A DNA stretch of 63,916 nucleotides, filler included, from Dimorphilus gyrociliatus (Eukaryota; Animalia; Annelida): NCBI GenBank assembly GCA_904063045.1. It is 4 parts of 4 records of this genome, joined end to end, with 100 filler letters (N's around TTAATTAATTAA, not from the genome) between each part and the next. Parts side by side here need not be neighbours in the genome. Positions count along the whole stretch, not along the records: positions 15,647 to 45,106 come from CAJFCJ010000140.1; 3 more parts are not named here. One strand, 5' to 3'. The notes under the pieces are model-generated. The model was not told the origin of the DNA, searched no databases, and saw nothing but the letters and a program-made list of their open reading frames with translations. The position numbers and the translations under genes are program-made. This document shows, piece by piece, positions 26,330-40,027 of this stretch. How positions within the stretch are numbered: position 1 is the stretch's first letter; every line of letters begins with the position of its first letter.

Positions 26330-28440
26330 TATTTTTATAAATTGGAGAAATGTAAATCACACAATAAATTTTCATTTAAATTAGTCAATTTTTTGAACAT
26401 AATATCTTTTACAATAACTTTTCTTTCAGTATTATTAATTGGTTTACACATAAATGATATTTTCTTGAAATTTTCAATCTGTGAGTCCATTTCACAATAA
26501 GTTTTGAAAATTTTCCTATTCTTTCTTTCTATAAAATTCTCAGAAGTTTTGAAAATATTTTCACTTGTAGAAAAGTTTTTGTTAATGAAAATCTTTGGAT
26601 TTAGAAGATTTATCTTTAACTGATCATTGTTCTCGAATTTCAATTCAAAATATGATAATTTGGATTTGAGAGGAATGCAGGTATATAAGTATTCATCAAA
26701 GAAATTGTAAATTGCACAGAATTGATATTGAATAGTTTGAAGAATAAAAATTTTTCTCCCACCTGAAATGAATGAATTGTAACCGAAAAATCAAGGTATT
26801 TTAAAATTTTTAAAACATGAACCTTTGTGATTAATTTTAATGTCATTAATCAAATTATCATAACGATTTCTAATAAGGATTCGATCTGCATGAATAAAAT
26901 AATCTACTTGAATTGAAATATAATTTAATGCAGTAGCAGTTGGCTTTTTAAAGCCAAATTTTATTTGACTAGCCGTAAATTCAAACCAGTAATAATTCCA
27001 TTTATTACAATCAATCAATGATTGAGAGACATTGAATTCTACTGTAGTCCTACGAGGAGCAAATATCCTTAATTGTGTATATTCATTGTTATTGTTTTTA
27101 AAATCTAGTTTTAGTACAAAATATGATATATCTTGTCTTTTAAAACGGATAATCAAAGAGGAGCAATCCATCACATTACCCCTAACATGACCTTTTACTT
27201 GAAAACTGAATGTAGTAAAATTGCTAGATATAGACTTTGGTAAATAATAATAGACAAAATATCTGTGTTGAATGCTATAAATCTTTTTATCAAGATCTAA
27301 ATATAAAATAAAAAGGTGTCAAAACATATTTTCATAAGTATTCTGCTTACTTTTTATATAAACATCTATTGTATTTAATCCAACATTATTATTTGAATAA
27401 CCTTCTAAAATCGTCAACTTAATCCAGTATTCAATATCAGCATTTCCTGTGTAATTGAAACAATGTCTTGCTCCATTATTTGAAAGATGATTTAAGTGAG
27501 TATAACCAGAGCTCCATTCAACTGAAAAAGATTTTATTTGTTGTTGAGCTTTCCACCTATCAATAATTGAAAACTGCTTCGATTAGCATATTATTAACAA
27601 AAGATATTATATGCCTTATTACGTGTTAGAAATACAAAAAAAGTCTGGTTTGGCAGGAAATGCAAATGTAACTCGTATAAATTGTCCTTGGCATGGATTA
27701 TTACCACCTTCTGAACATTGCGGGATCCAAACTTTGTTTATATTTTGATTGATTGCCTCTAAACATTCACCTTGAGATGCAGTACAAGTTGCTCCTAAAC
27801 TATTGAAAGCTACATTTGTGTATTGTATATACTCATCTGCTGCTTCACCTGCAAATGATTCAGCAAATATATAACATCCATAGATACATACAATAGACTA
27901 TAATTTGTTTAATGTCTTACTATCATATGCAAGTACAACTATTGATTGAAATCCAATATTTTTCATCCCATTGGTTTGTTCGCTAGGTCGAATTGTTAAA
28001 GTGGAAGTGCCTCTTCCAATATTGTCCAACATCAAGATGCACGTTTCATATGGATATAAATAAACTCTAATCTCATCAATTACAAAATTAATCGTTACTG
28101 TTGAAAGCTTTTTAGAGTTTTCACTGTTTCGCTGGTTCAGACATATCTCCATAATATCGTAACCCTTTCTAAAATTAACTTTAATCCACTGATTCAAACA
28201 ATTATCAACAGTACATTGAGATGCCCAATTAAGGTCATTTTGCCATCTTGGTTCCAAAGCATTTTCACATATATATGTAAAATGAAAAGATTTTGAAAAG
28301 TGTGATGATACAGAGCAAGTTGCTGCGTGTCTAATATTAGCGATATTTATAAGTTTTCCATCTGTAAATGATAAATTATAGTCTCGATATAAAATCTCTG
28401 ACAGGGTTGTTATTATATCGGAAAAAGTGAATTATTTAAT
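26330..28440 (-). CDS. Multi-exon extracellular protein: two discoidin/F5-8-like domains plus a farnesoic-acid-O-methyltransferase-like domain
   Basis: ATCSVSSH...CENALEPRWQNDLNWASQC...NQWIKVNFRKGYDIMEICLNQR; ATCTASQGECLEAINQNINKVWIPQC...GQFIRVTF; LIDCNKWNYYWFEFTASQIKFG (the FAMeT-like C-x3-F/Y-W-x6-I-x-G pattern). Several frameshifts. Confidence 0.55.
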
Positions 28441-29259
28441 TAACAGGATTCGCTTAATTGTTTTTTTTATGTTTAGAACGGAGAATAAGATATTTATGCA
28501 ACTGAGTTTAGAGGTAAAACTCATTAAAAAAATGTTTTTTATTAGAGAAAGAGTAAGAAAAATATAACTAAATACCTATAAACCGTGATGTTTTAACTTT
28601 CAATATATACATCTGAAAATGCATCATAATGCAAAAGGTAAATGAGAATTTTAACATTCTTAGCATATGACTTGCTTGTCCAAAATGATATATTTATTAA
28701 TATAATACAATTTCCCTTTGCGCTCATTGATATGTTGACAAAGAAATGTTTAAAATTCTCATAAAGAACAGTATGCTTTATCAATTATTTATTTCTTCCA
28801 CATGTCAAAAATTTACAAGGATATATCTGTTTTTAAGTGATTTTTAAAAATTTAAAGAGTGTATTCACTTTTTACTTCTGAACTAGATAAATGAAAATAT
28901 TCTGTAAACTAAATGGTTGGCATGTTTTGCCCTACACTTATCGACATTTTAGTAAATTCTACTAGAGATCTTCTTCTGACATTTTATAACTACGTGAAAT
29001 ATTAATAATCATGTTAAGGTAAAGAAAAATGCGGTATTAAGATCAAATATTAATCTTAGATTTAGAATATTCATTGCAGTCCGCTAATAAAAATAAAAAT
29101 TGGTCATATCAATAGATTTGTATTTGTGTGTACCGGGAATAATTCATTGATAAGTTGTTAATGAATAATAGGCCTTTTATCTTTTTTTTATTATGGCAAC
29201 TAGTAGACAAGTCAGAGTGTTCCCTGAAGCTAAACTTTAATGTTACCTTAGGGCTAAAA

Positions 29260-29466
29260 GGATTCGACAGAAAACATCCACAAATGAGTGCTTTTACCCT
29301 AACCCTAACCTAGCCCTTGACTGTACCTAACCTTTTCCATTACCACTAACCCTTAGAGGAGGCCTTCCTAAGTACAAATCAGTTGCTCTCGTCGTCTTCC
29401 TAACCATTTCTCAATCCAAAATCTAGTCTTCAAATTTCTTATTTGTGGACGTTTTCTGTCGACCCC
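29260..29466 (-). mobile_element. MITE family A copy (207 bp, reverse orientation; TSD not recognisable)
   Basis: GGATTCGACAGAAAACATCC ... GGACGTTTTCTGTCGACCCC with internal CCCTAACCCTAACC. Confidence 0.85.
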
Positions 29467-32103
29467 AAATTTGCTAACTCTTAGAATTAAAGTTCAAAAA
29501 AGTTTAAACAGAAACTTTACAGGTTATCTCCAAAACAACAAAAAGAATATAGTGTGCAATGAATGGATTACTGGAAAATGGCCTTATTGGTACAAATAAA
29601 AGTCAATGGATAAAGAAAGAAGAAATATTAAGAATGTACGTAGGCTACAGAAAACTAAGAACTTATATTCATAGAAAAATTGTTACCCAAATCCACACCA
29701 AAAAGACTTTTGGAAAAATTAGAAGAGCAAATCTCCATATTGAGATAAAGTCTCCAGCTTTTTAAAATCAATTTTTCAGTAATATGTGAGAGACAATTAT
29801 TATCCTTTCTGTTTAATTAACATCAAATCTTGTTTCAAAAGGATTAATGTTCTTTTTAAAGAGCAAACATTGTAAGGCATGGTTGAATGTGTTCACGGTC
29901 TAGACAACGCTTAAAAACTAATTTCATAATGTCGTTTACCTTTATTCCTGTTTTGGACTATATATCCCCTGGACACTTGGTATTGTGTGCAACCTTGATC
30001 TCTGACTAGAAATATATCTATCATATCAGTGGATAACACGAATATGCGGACACTGTAAATTCTGATAGGCCAGCTTTTAATTAACAGTTAAAATTGTTTG
30101 TTTGCTACAAACTAGTATTTTTTGTCTAAATTTATATAGAAAAAGAGTTAAATTGACATAATATTGAAACATTTTTAAGAAAATGATAATATTCTTTGAA
30201 TGTTTTTTTTTCAACTTATTTCCTGTTTTAAGTTAAGTTAATTAGTTATTGAATATTAAAAATTACTGTATATAATTTATATTGTATTTATTTAATTAAG
30301 GTGTGGAATAAAGATTTTAGGGATCTTGTAATAAAAAAATATAGAGAAATAGGGAAAAAGAATTTAATGAAACTTGAGGTGTTCCAATATTCCTGTTTTT
30401 TACTTTTTATAGAAAGAGTTGGTTAATATATACATTTTATGTTCAGTTGCAAGTTTAGAGCCAAATCCATAATTATTTTAGAGTAATAAAATTGGGAAGT
30501 GGAACGCTTTTTCTTTCATAATTTGCTGAATATTCAGTTGTAGCAAACAAATATACGAATCTATTTTATATCTAAATCCCAACCATGCTGTTTCTTTTCC
30601 ACCATTACAACCAATAAACATTAGCTGAATCAAAATCTTGTTCGATAATAAGACTAAAAAGGCTATTTAAAGAAAATAATTCAGTTTTTGTTAATGCATT
30701 CCATCCACTAGGACCATTTGTTCTAGTTAATCTTATAGATCTTTCAGTTTTTGTCCAGGTCATTGATATCCCTGATGAACTTGCTGTTGTTACAATTAAT
30801 AATTTGAAATATAGACCTTGATCTCCTATATTCATGGCATTGTTGTATCACCATATATGGGTTCACAATAAATCGATGCTGACCACTCGAACCAACTACC
30901 TGCAGTTGGACAGTTTGCTTCCTCTGCCAGTAAGCACAAACTGATGGAACACTGTCTTGAGTTTATTTTTGGTCCATAAAAGTAACCAGGCGGACAAGTT
31001 TAAGGTCAACCAACCCTGCTTTGGCAATGATAGTAAATTCGACAATCAAAAAGACTGGTAACTGATATTTTTATCGGGAGCGCATTCACCAGTTTGTGAA
31101 AAACGTGATGTGTTATATTTATTAATATCTGAATTGCACTGTTTATACAAATTTATAGAGCTTCTATTAGTATAATGAGAACAATTCAGCGAATGCCAGT
31201 TCGACACAGGTATTCAATGTAGAGTCAGTAATAGCAACTTAAAGAAGAGTCCAGCTTAACAGCGTTGTTTATAGGAAGTTCCAATAATACAATGATAACA
31301 TATATATCACACAATCAATCTAGCGTCTGTGTATGTTGCATCAATCGGTTTAGAAGCATCATTAGTTGGATAAATGAAGCAAGAATATACAAAAATCAAG
31401 TAGGCATCTGTAGTAAATGAGATGAAAAATTTGATATAAATCGGACTAAAATAAAGTGTAAATTCGTTAGCATAAAAAAAATGTATCGAATCCTATTGAT
31501 ATGACAGAGCCTGATTAGATATTTGATAATTTATAGTATAGACACTCTAAATATCAAGATTAGACTATATTATAGTATTTGAAACGTATCACCATTATTT
31601 GTTTAACAAGAAAGCGTCCTAGATTTTCATCTCTTATTATGAAAATACATTAAGATTGTTTTTTGTTTAACAAATGGAATCTGTATTAAATAAATGAGTT
31701 TTAATCTCTTAGATTAGACGAAATAATGAGATAGTTGAAATATTTGTAACAAAAATAGATAATTCTAGGTGTCTACATTCTATTTCCTAAGGAATTTTTG
31801 AGTTCTATCATTCAAATGTTCTAAATATTAGTAAATCACTACTGCATGCTTAGGCATGCATGAAACGAAAAAGTAAAGTATCAAAAGTATTTTATTGCTC
31901 AATTATCATTTGAAAAAGTGCCATCTAGTATTGAAGAAAAATGCTTTGAGTATTATACAATGTATCTCTAAAACACAGAAGGAAAAACTACCAGCGATTA
32001 ATAACTGATCTAATTAATCTTTACCAAGTCTCGAAATACTGCCACCCTTCAAGCAAGTTATGTTTTCAAATTTCAAATTTATTAATTCACCGGTAATAAA
32101 CTG

Positions 32104-32310
32104 GGGGCCCACAGAAAACATCCCCAAATGAGATTTTTCAAAGCAACATTTCAGATTGAAAAATGGTTAGGAGGAGTAAAGTAGCTTTTGATTTATAGTT
32201 AGCGGGGTTCCACCTAAGGGTTAGGAGCAATCAAAAAGGTAAAGGAGAGACAAAGGCTAGGTTAGGATTAGGATTAAACAGTGCATTTGGGGACGTTTTC
32301 TGTCATATCC
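32104..32310 (+). mobile_element. MITE family A (207 bp), 9-bp TSD AATAAACTG
   Basis: AATAAACTG lies at 32095-32103 and 32311-32319. TIRs and body match the 19478 and 25355 copies. Confidence 0.92.
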
Positions 32311-33974
32311 AATAAACTGTGTTTTTGTCGTACTGGCAAATTAGTCAGCCACATTTGTAAAGTACTTAGAGGGTATATTGAAGCTGATTCTTAGTATCCA
32401 CCTACATGCCAAACATAGCAAGAATGTATGGCTTATTCTAGAGATCTACACATTAGTAAACATCCTAATGTACAAATGTTCAAATAAGATGATGAATTGT
32501 CAGCAGAAGACATAATTATTAGAACTATTCAACAAAGATAAGCATTCCTTTGTGAATCAGAATGTGTAGAAAGCTGTAGCTATTCATAGTCTGCGTAGTA
32601 GCAGTGTGGCAGTGTACCATACACAATTTAGTAATATTTCTTATGGAATTTGTACTTCAAATCTGTTCAATACACTTTGAATAAAACAACGCATGCTATG
32701 TTGTGTGTCAGTGTGAGTCAACGAAAATGAAAGTAAAAGAGGAAAGAGTAAGAGTATTACAAAAAGGAATATGTTTTCCGAAGCTCAGAATTCGAGTAGA
32801 GCTCTTTAGTGAATATACATTGTGTAGAGAAACCTAACGAAAAAGAACATTGTTCTACTTGAACGATAATTCTGATATTAGTGAGTTTCGTTTAAAAAAT
32901 TTTGATTTTTATTATTCAATAATTAATAAGTGACACAAACAGGATATAGACAGTATAAAAGGAACAAATGTAAAAAAATAGTATGAGTGAGAAACATTGG
33001 AAGCTATAATAAAATTAAAACAATACGAAGCAATATATTCTAAGGCTCATAATTCGAATAGATATTTTATCTTGCAAATGCATCACTAAGTTTCTGACAA
33101 AACTCTAATTTTAAATCAATCGTTTATTGTTCTTTCACTCCTTGTTGGAAGATTTTCTGTCTGTTGCTCCAGATCTACAGATCAGAGTTTGAGAGTCATT
33201 ATTTTAATACCTCCCCAAATCATAACTTTACAACATTGAGTTTGAAGATTTTTCTAATGTTTCCTGGCTTGATTTCCTTCTCCTTTCTACATCTGACTTT
33301 TTTGTTTGGCTATAAATTAAATATCAGTTTGAAACGATATAGCTAAGTAGACTATTCTTCTTTGCAAGAGATTTTTGGCAAAAGAGATTTCTCTTTTTTC
33401 AATTCCTTTGTTTAGTCAATGATTTCAACTTGATAGACTATTCTTGAATAGAATTTTCTCTACAGAAGATAGACTTAGATTGCTTGCTATGCTCTATTCA
33501 GTTTTGTCTAGTTCATTCAAAACATTTTACATAATTTAATAAAGATATAAAAAAACATGATGGGAACATCAAACAACTTTTATGTTTTTATCAGATAAGA
33601 TTCCAAAAATAAATTAACCATGAATATGCAAAAACTTTTTCTCGCTGAATTGTTATTAGAAAAAAGTCTAACATTTTACAACATTGGTAAAAACCTTTTG
33701 TAACGTTTTAGCTGTTGTCTTCAAAATAATTAACAAATCTAGTAGACTGTTTGGCTTTTCTTTAATTAACGATTGCATTTTTACCCAACTCTTTGCTCTG
33801 TTTAGACTTTCCAATTGAGCTTTCAGTAATCTAGCTCTCGTCGATTTTTTAAATAGTCTATAGCTCCTAGAACGAATGATGTGGTATACATTATGGAGTA
33901 TATCTAAGGCATATTCATATTTTTTTACCTGTTAGAATAAAGGGGAGAATGGAAAATTATTAAATTTATGGCTA

Positions 33975-34379
33975 TTAAAAAATACCTACAATATCAATCT
34001 CCAATTTTAGTGTATTTAATCTACTGCTAAGCTTTCCCTCGAAAGTATTGATTTGTTTAGAGTAATTTAATGAAATTTTCATCTTTCGAAGTGATTTTTC
34101 TAGTTGACGGCTAACTGACAAAATTTTATTATCGTGATGCAATTTTAATGCAAATGCATGTTTAAAAATTCTTTTAAAATCTTTTTCTAAATCAATTTCT
34201 TTCAATTGCTGATGATTAGCATATTTTTCTTTTAAAGCATTGCAATTGTCCACAATTTGCTCTCTTTTTACTCTTATCTTACAGGCGCAATTCAAAAGTT
34301 TTGAATATTCCCAATAGATGTGTAAAAGGCTTTTAGTCTTGCTGGATAAAGACTTTGATTGTGGTTTAGTACATACCAA
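33975..34379 (-). CDS. Coiled-coil-rich ORF, possibly a decayed TRIM/B-box C-terminal-like region
   Basis: Heptad-like helical composition. A degenerate C-x2-H...C stretch lies upstream (~34560). There is no decisive motif. Confidence 0.3.
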   Translation of the reverse strand: MVCTKPQSKSLSSKTKSLLHIYWEYSKLLNCACKIRVKREQIVDNCNALKEKYANHQQLKEIDLEKDFKRIFKHAFALKLHHDNKILSVSRQLEKSLRKMKISLNYSKQINTFEGKLSSRLNTLKLEIDIVGIF

Positions 34380-36165
34380 ATAGAAATATTTCTCTAAAGT
34401 TTCGCTGATATATTGTGAAATCTGTCAAATTTCCTAAAATTAGACTACTTGAAGTTGAGTATATTGAGATACGAACGTAAATCTGTTCATAACCATGATC
34501 ATCCTCCAAATTGGATGTAATTCCTTTGATGTTATCGTAAAAGAATTGACATGATAAGAAGTGTCGATGACTTGAGCAAAGAATGATTTTCTTTTCTGTT
34601 GAATAAAGAGAGGTGAAGAATGAACAAAAATATCATATTTTTAAAAACAAATTGATTAACTTTGCAAAAAGTTCAAAGTTGTTAAAGAACGTAAAAGAAA
34701 TACAAAAAGAATAAATATTATCCTATCTGTAGCCATAGTGAGATACTTTTGACTAGAAAACATTAATTTTCAGCTTATATTATGTGACCTTGGTTATTCT
34801 CTTTAAACAACCAACCAATTATTAATTGAGTCGTCTATTTTTGACAAGAAATTGACTCAATAATATTTCTCAATAAAACATTTTTTCAAAATATTAACCA
34901 TAACATAATTAATATATACAATCTTACTCTAAATAGTTTAGCAGCATTAGGCCTTTCCTTAGTACAAGTTGTTACTTATCTCAGACTTTGGAGATAAGTG
35001 AATAGTGGGCTAAATTGGATTTGCTATTCTATTCTAAAACAAGTTTTTGCTTTTACTTGTATCTTTCTTTTTTATTTAAAATTAAATACAAATTCGTGTC
35101 AGTGGTTTATCATTATAGTGAAAATGTATCAATTCACTCGCAGGCTTATTTATCATTACTGATTATCTAGACTGTTGCTGGCGTACGTGGTCATGGTTTT
35201 TCAATTTCCTCATGGTTTTCACAAAAAAGCCAAAAATAGCATTTCGTTATCTGAGATACAGACTGTGGTAAACATCGTATAGGTTACACAACTTTCGCTA
35301 GAATTGGTATGTCCCATAAAGAGGTCTCATGGTTAGAGATGCTAGTTATTGCTATACGGTCACAAGACTGATAGTTTAAACAATAAATTTAATTTACGAT
35401 GTCCCGATATCATCCGAGGTTGAATTTTCCACTTAAAACCATAATAATACTTGAACAATACTAAAAAATGTTCTTGAAAAACGTACATAACTTAATCAGG
35501 TTAACACTAATGAAAGATACCAAATTCAGTCAATTGCCTAGACTTTGTCACATCCTGTTACTAAAGATAAACATGAATTAGATCATTTATCACCAGCAGA
35601 GCGATGATTGAACGTTAGAAATCAACCAAACTGCATTTTGGAAGAGTTGGAAGATTCAAATCGGATAGGTAGTTTGCTAGTCTTTATACAAAATACTACA
35701 ACTTTTCATTGTATCAGAGAATATGGAAAAAATTTCTACAGAGACGCTGACTAACTGCAACAGAATTAAAGAAGCAGAAGAGAATTACTCAGAACTTTAA
35801 GAACTGCGAATATTATTAGGACTATGCGAGAAAAATGTATCAATCCTAATTATTTTAAACATTTTAAGCCTATATGTTATCACTCTTTTTTTAATTATTA
35901 GACTGATCAAAATGTTCCATTATTGTGTCAATTGGAAGCCAAGTAAGAAAGATACTGTATAGCAAAGCTAGCAAACCGACAGTGTAGCATTCACATTGTA
36001 TAGAGAAAAGCTATAAGGCTCAGATTTCTAACATTTAAATTTTTAATTGCAAACCTTTAGATAGATAATTAGAAGAAGAGAAATGCTGAATGTTAAAAGG
36101 CTGAGTATCAAAGAAAGTTCATTAGAAAGAAAAGCAGATTATCATCTAAAAAATACAGCAAAATA

Positions 36166-39100
36166 ATGATAATACATTTTATCCTACTAATCTATTTAAC
36201 GATAATCCAAGTTAAAATGATTGAGATAACACCATTTTCAGCTCGTCTCCAGTTGGAATCGCTTAAAAATGAAAAGAATTATATCGAAGGAATCCTTAAA
36301 GCAGACTTAAAAGATAAAAATCAATCTTATTATATCGGTTATAGACGGCATAAAAATTCGTATCGAAGGCTTATCTGTAAGGAATTAGGCTATGAATCAT
36401 TATTCGTTTCGACTGACGTCATCAAAATTCCAATTAAGAGAAAATTATTACTTTTTCACGAATTTTTAAATTTTTGTTGTAAATTGTAAAGCATTTTTAT
36501 TTTAAATTTAAAAATTTAAAAATTTAAAGTTTTGTAATTATTTTTTTTATAGCAAATTTCATAATGAAAGTTCAGTCTTAACGTCAATATTGCATTTGAG
36601 AATTGATCGTGGATATTTTATAAGGTGTTATAAGAGATTTAATTCAACTTGTAAGTTGTTTATTATCGCTCACTTTTTTAAACAATTATTACTCAAGTAA
36701 ACAATTAGATATATTTACTATAAGAAATTTTCAAAAGAATCACGATTTATTCTTGCTAAAAGATGGAAATGTTTACCCAATTCACGGATATTCCTCCAAA
36801 GCTAATAGGCTGATTTTATGTAAAAAAAGTGAATTTTTTCTAGAACAAGATTCATTTCCTCTTAAAGTCAATACAACAAAACAAGGATTGGTGAATCTAT
36901 TATGGAAAAAGCCAATTTTTATATTGAGGTCTTTCGTAGGGAAACGGCAACTTTCTTGTACATATTTTGAAATTCATGGTAAATGAAGAAAAGCAAATGG
37001 CTTCTAGACTTTTCGACTTTTAACTCTTTTTTATTAGATTTAAAAAGTGAAGAAAAAGTGAATTCCTTCTGGAAAAGTTATTATTTTAATAAGAATAAAG
37101 TTTTAATGGAAAAAACAAACTATTATTTTAAATCTAAAACTCATGGAATATTTCCAACGGCTTTTTATAGAGTTGATAAAAAATCTGCTTGTAATTATAT
37201 ATGTCAACTTAATGGTGAAACTTTGAATAAAAGATCTCAGGATTCATGTACAAGCAGTTACCTTAATCAGAGGGTTAGTAATTTGTTCATTTATTCATTG
37301 TATACAGGGATAAATGAGATAAGGGAATAAAGATTTTTGGATTTTTGGTTGGTTCATTTCTTCATTTTTCACCCATTCCCTCATTTCTCCAATAATTTTT
37401 TTCCTCCCTCTTTTTATTCATTCTCTAAATAAACAGAAGTTCTATCCTTATTTAATGAATTGCAAAGTGAAGATTAAAAAATTTTCTTATTGGCTATTTC
37501 AAAAACATGAAGATAAACATTATAAAGTTTTCGCCCACAAAAAGCTTCGGAAGGCAATTTGTAGGCAAAGTGATTTTCTAATTCGAATTCCTTTACCACA
37601 ATCTGTTGGCACTTTTCAAAAAATTATTTTTGTTAATTCAACATTCAATATATCAATCCTACCTACAACTACTAGAGAATTACTAGAGTTTAGGGTCATT
37701 TGTTCTTATTATGAACTTAAAGGTCCTAACGAAAAACTTTTATATTAAACATTAATTTGCACAAGAAACAAACTTTTTTCTTTTAATTATTTTATAGACA
37801 TTGAATTTAAACAATTAGAAATCGGAACAACGACCAACATGTCACGTGACGCGTTTGCTATATTAACAATTTATAATAAATTGCAACCATTCTATTTCGC
37901 GTCAAAAACTTTTGGAGTCATGTTACCGTTATTCGAAATGTCTTCGAAAGTATTTATAAGATGTCAGGCATTGTGCAAAGAGTTATCTTTGACGGTCTCC
38001 CAAGAGAACTGCCTATGGCAAAGGGCAGTTTCAATGAAGGTATATCTATACTCCCAAAAGAATAATAAAATACGTATTCATCGTTAATTGATTGATTGTA
38101 TTTTTAATTGAAGAATATTCCACATTTCATCAATTGTCAATATGATAAATCAAATTTAGGATCGTGTGAACTGACAAGAAAGGAATTGATTGGAATTAAA
38201 TCCCTTAATAAATACTATATTATTAATCCTCAATGTGAAAATATACCCAAAAAAAGTATTCAACATAAACAATAAACTAATAATCGGCCATTGTGTTGGT
38301 GTTTCATTTTGTATGTTTAGAGTATAGAATATATAAAGATTCCAATAGTATTTTATATATTGGCGACAAACATTCCTATAAAACGTTTGAAGGCTATTTT
38401 CAAATTTATTCAAAGTCCATAATTCATATTGAATACTTGTATTTTCAAGAAATTCAACAGATCTGTTCCTTCTTTGGATTTAATTATGGAACAATTATTC
38501 AATCTAATCAAGAATTTAACCAAGATATGGAAAACTATAATAAGAGATTAATGACTATGTTATATGAAACGATAAAATGCTCTATTAACTCAACATCACT
38601 GGATGATTGCCAGTTTATAATACAGTAAGTGAACATTTATGACCCTCTCTCTCTCTCTCTCTCTCGCTATCTTCAAACCTTTACAGTTTTTGTTTTAAAT
38701 ATGAAACAGCAGCAATGAAAATACGAAATTTTGGTATCCATATTTCCTCGAATGCTCAATTCGACCTTCTCAATGTAATTAATCAATTTAAAACTCTACA
38801 TGGTACTTTAATTAATTAAATTTTCAATTCTTTCTTATCAGTATGCCAAGGACAAAATATTTTAATTATCTACGATGTTTGCTATATAATTTACAAACCA
38901 TTGAATAATTTAAATATATTCAAAATGGATACATTCTGCAAAAATAGAAATTTAAATCTTACAGATTTTCCAACTTTACACAAAACTTTTATCTTATCTT
39001 TTCTTATCAAAATTTTATATCCAGAATTGAGATCTTCGTTCTCTTTTGTGGAAGATTTTGGTTTAGGTATTAAAATTTAAAAAAGAACAATAGGCCTATA

Positions 39101-39984
39101 GTATTAGAATATTTTCCCTATTTCCCACCCAAACAGTTTTGAACAAAGTAAAAAATTTGGGTAATAAACAATTTCATTATACAAATAGTGGTTTGTCATT
39201 AGATTTACCAACATTTATATCGAGAAATGTAAGTTTTAATTGATTATCTAAATCAGGAAGATACAAATACAGAGAGAGAGAGAGAGAGAAAGAGAGAGAA
39301 GGAGATAGAAAGATTGGAAGAAATAGGGAATTAGAGACAAACACAAAGACAGACAGAAAAGACTAATTTATAAATAGTTACAAACAAATAATGTCTTACT
39401 GCAAATACAATTAATGTATTAATCTCTCCAGCCAGAGTATATTTTTCCAAATCACAACAAATTTCGATACTTTTCTGATAAAAACAATTTTGGATTTTCA
39501 TCCCAAAAATGCCAAAGAATTCAATTTCAAAAAAATGTGAAAATAATACTTCCTTTCTTTTTTATCTTTAATTTGTTTCTTTTTAAAAAAAAGACCTTTG
39601 GAAGAAGTAATCTTCATTTCGAATTGATTCCGTTTGATTGTGATCTGAATTTTAAACGATATGTATTATGTCAACAAATTCAAGGTAAGTTGATAGATGG
39701 ATGGAAGAATAGATAGAGAGAGACAGGAAGATATATACTATACATATGTAGTCGATGAGCACATCGCCTAAATTTGGCAGCAAGCCAAATTATTCGTTAC
39801 GCCAAGTTTACATTCGCTACTTTATAGTTTTAAGTTTAATTGTTACATACCCCCATCATCTTTTCTTTGTGTACGTGTGTTACTTATAATTACTGCTGTA
39901 TTACCAGTATAGACTTTAAACCTAAACGCTCTTTACTGATAAGTCATTGAAATAGCGACGACCCTGTTCGCAATCCGCTCAACG

Positions 39985-40027
<43 letters not shown>

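Noticed and set aside
30400-31400. Possible decayed Sushi/discoidin-like gene on the minus strand
   Set aside because: Many stops and frameshifts and only a loose Cys pattern, so it is not supportable.
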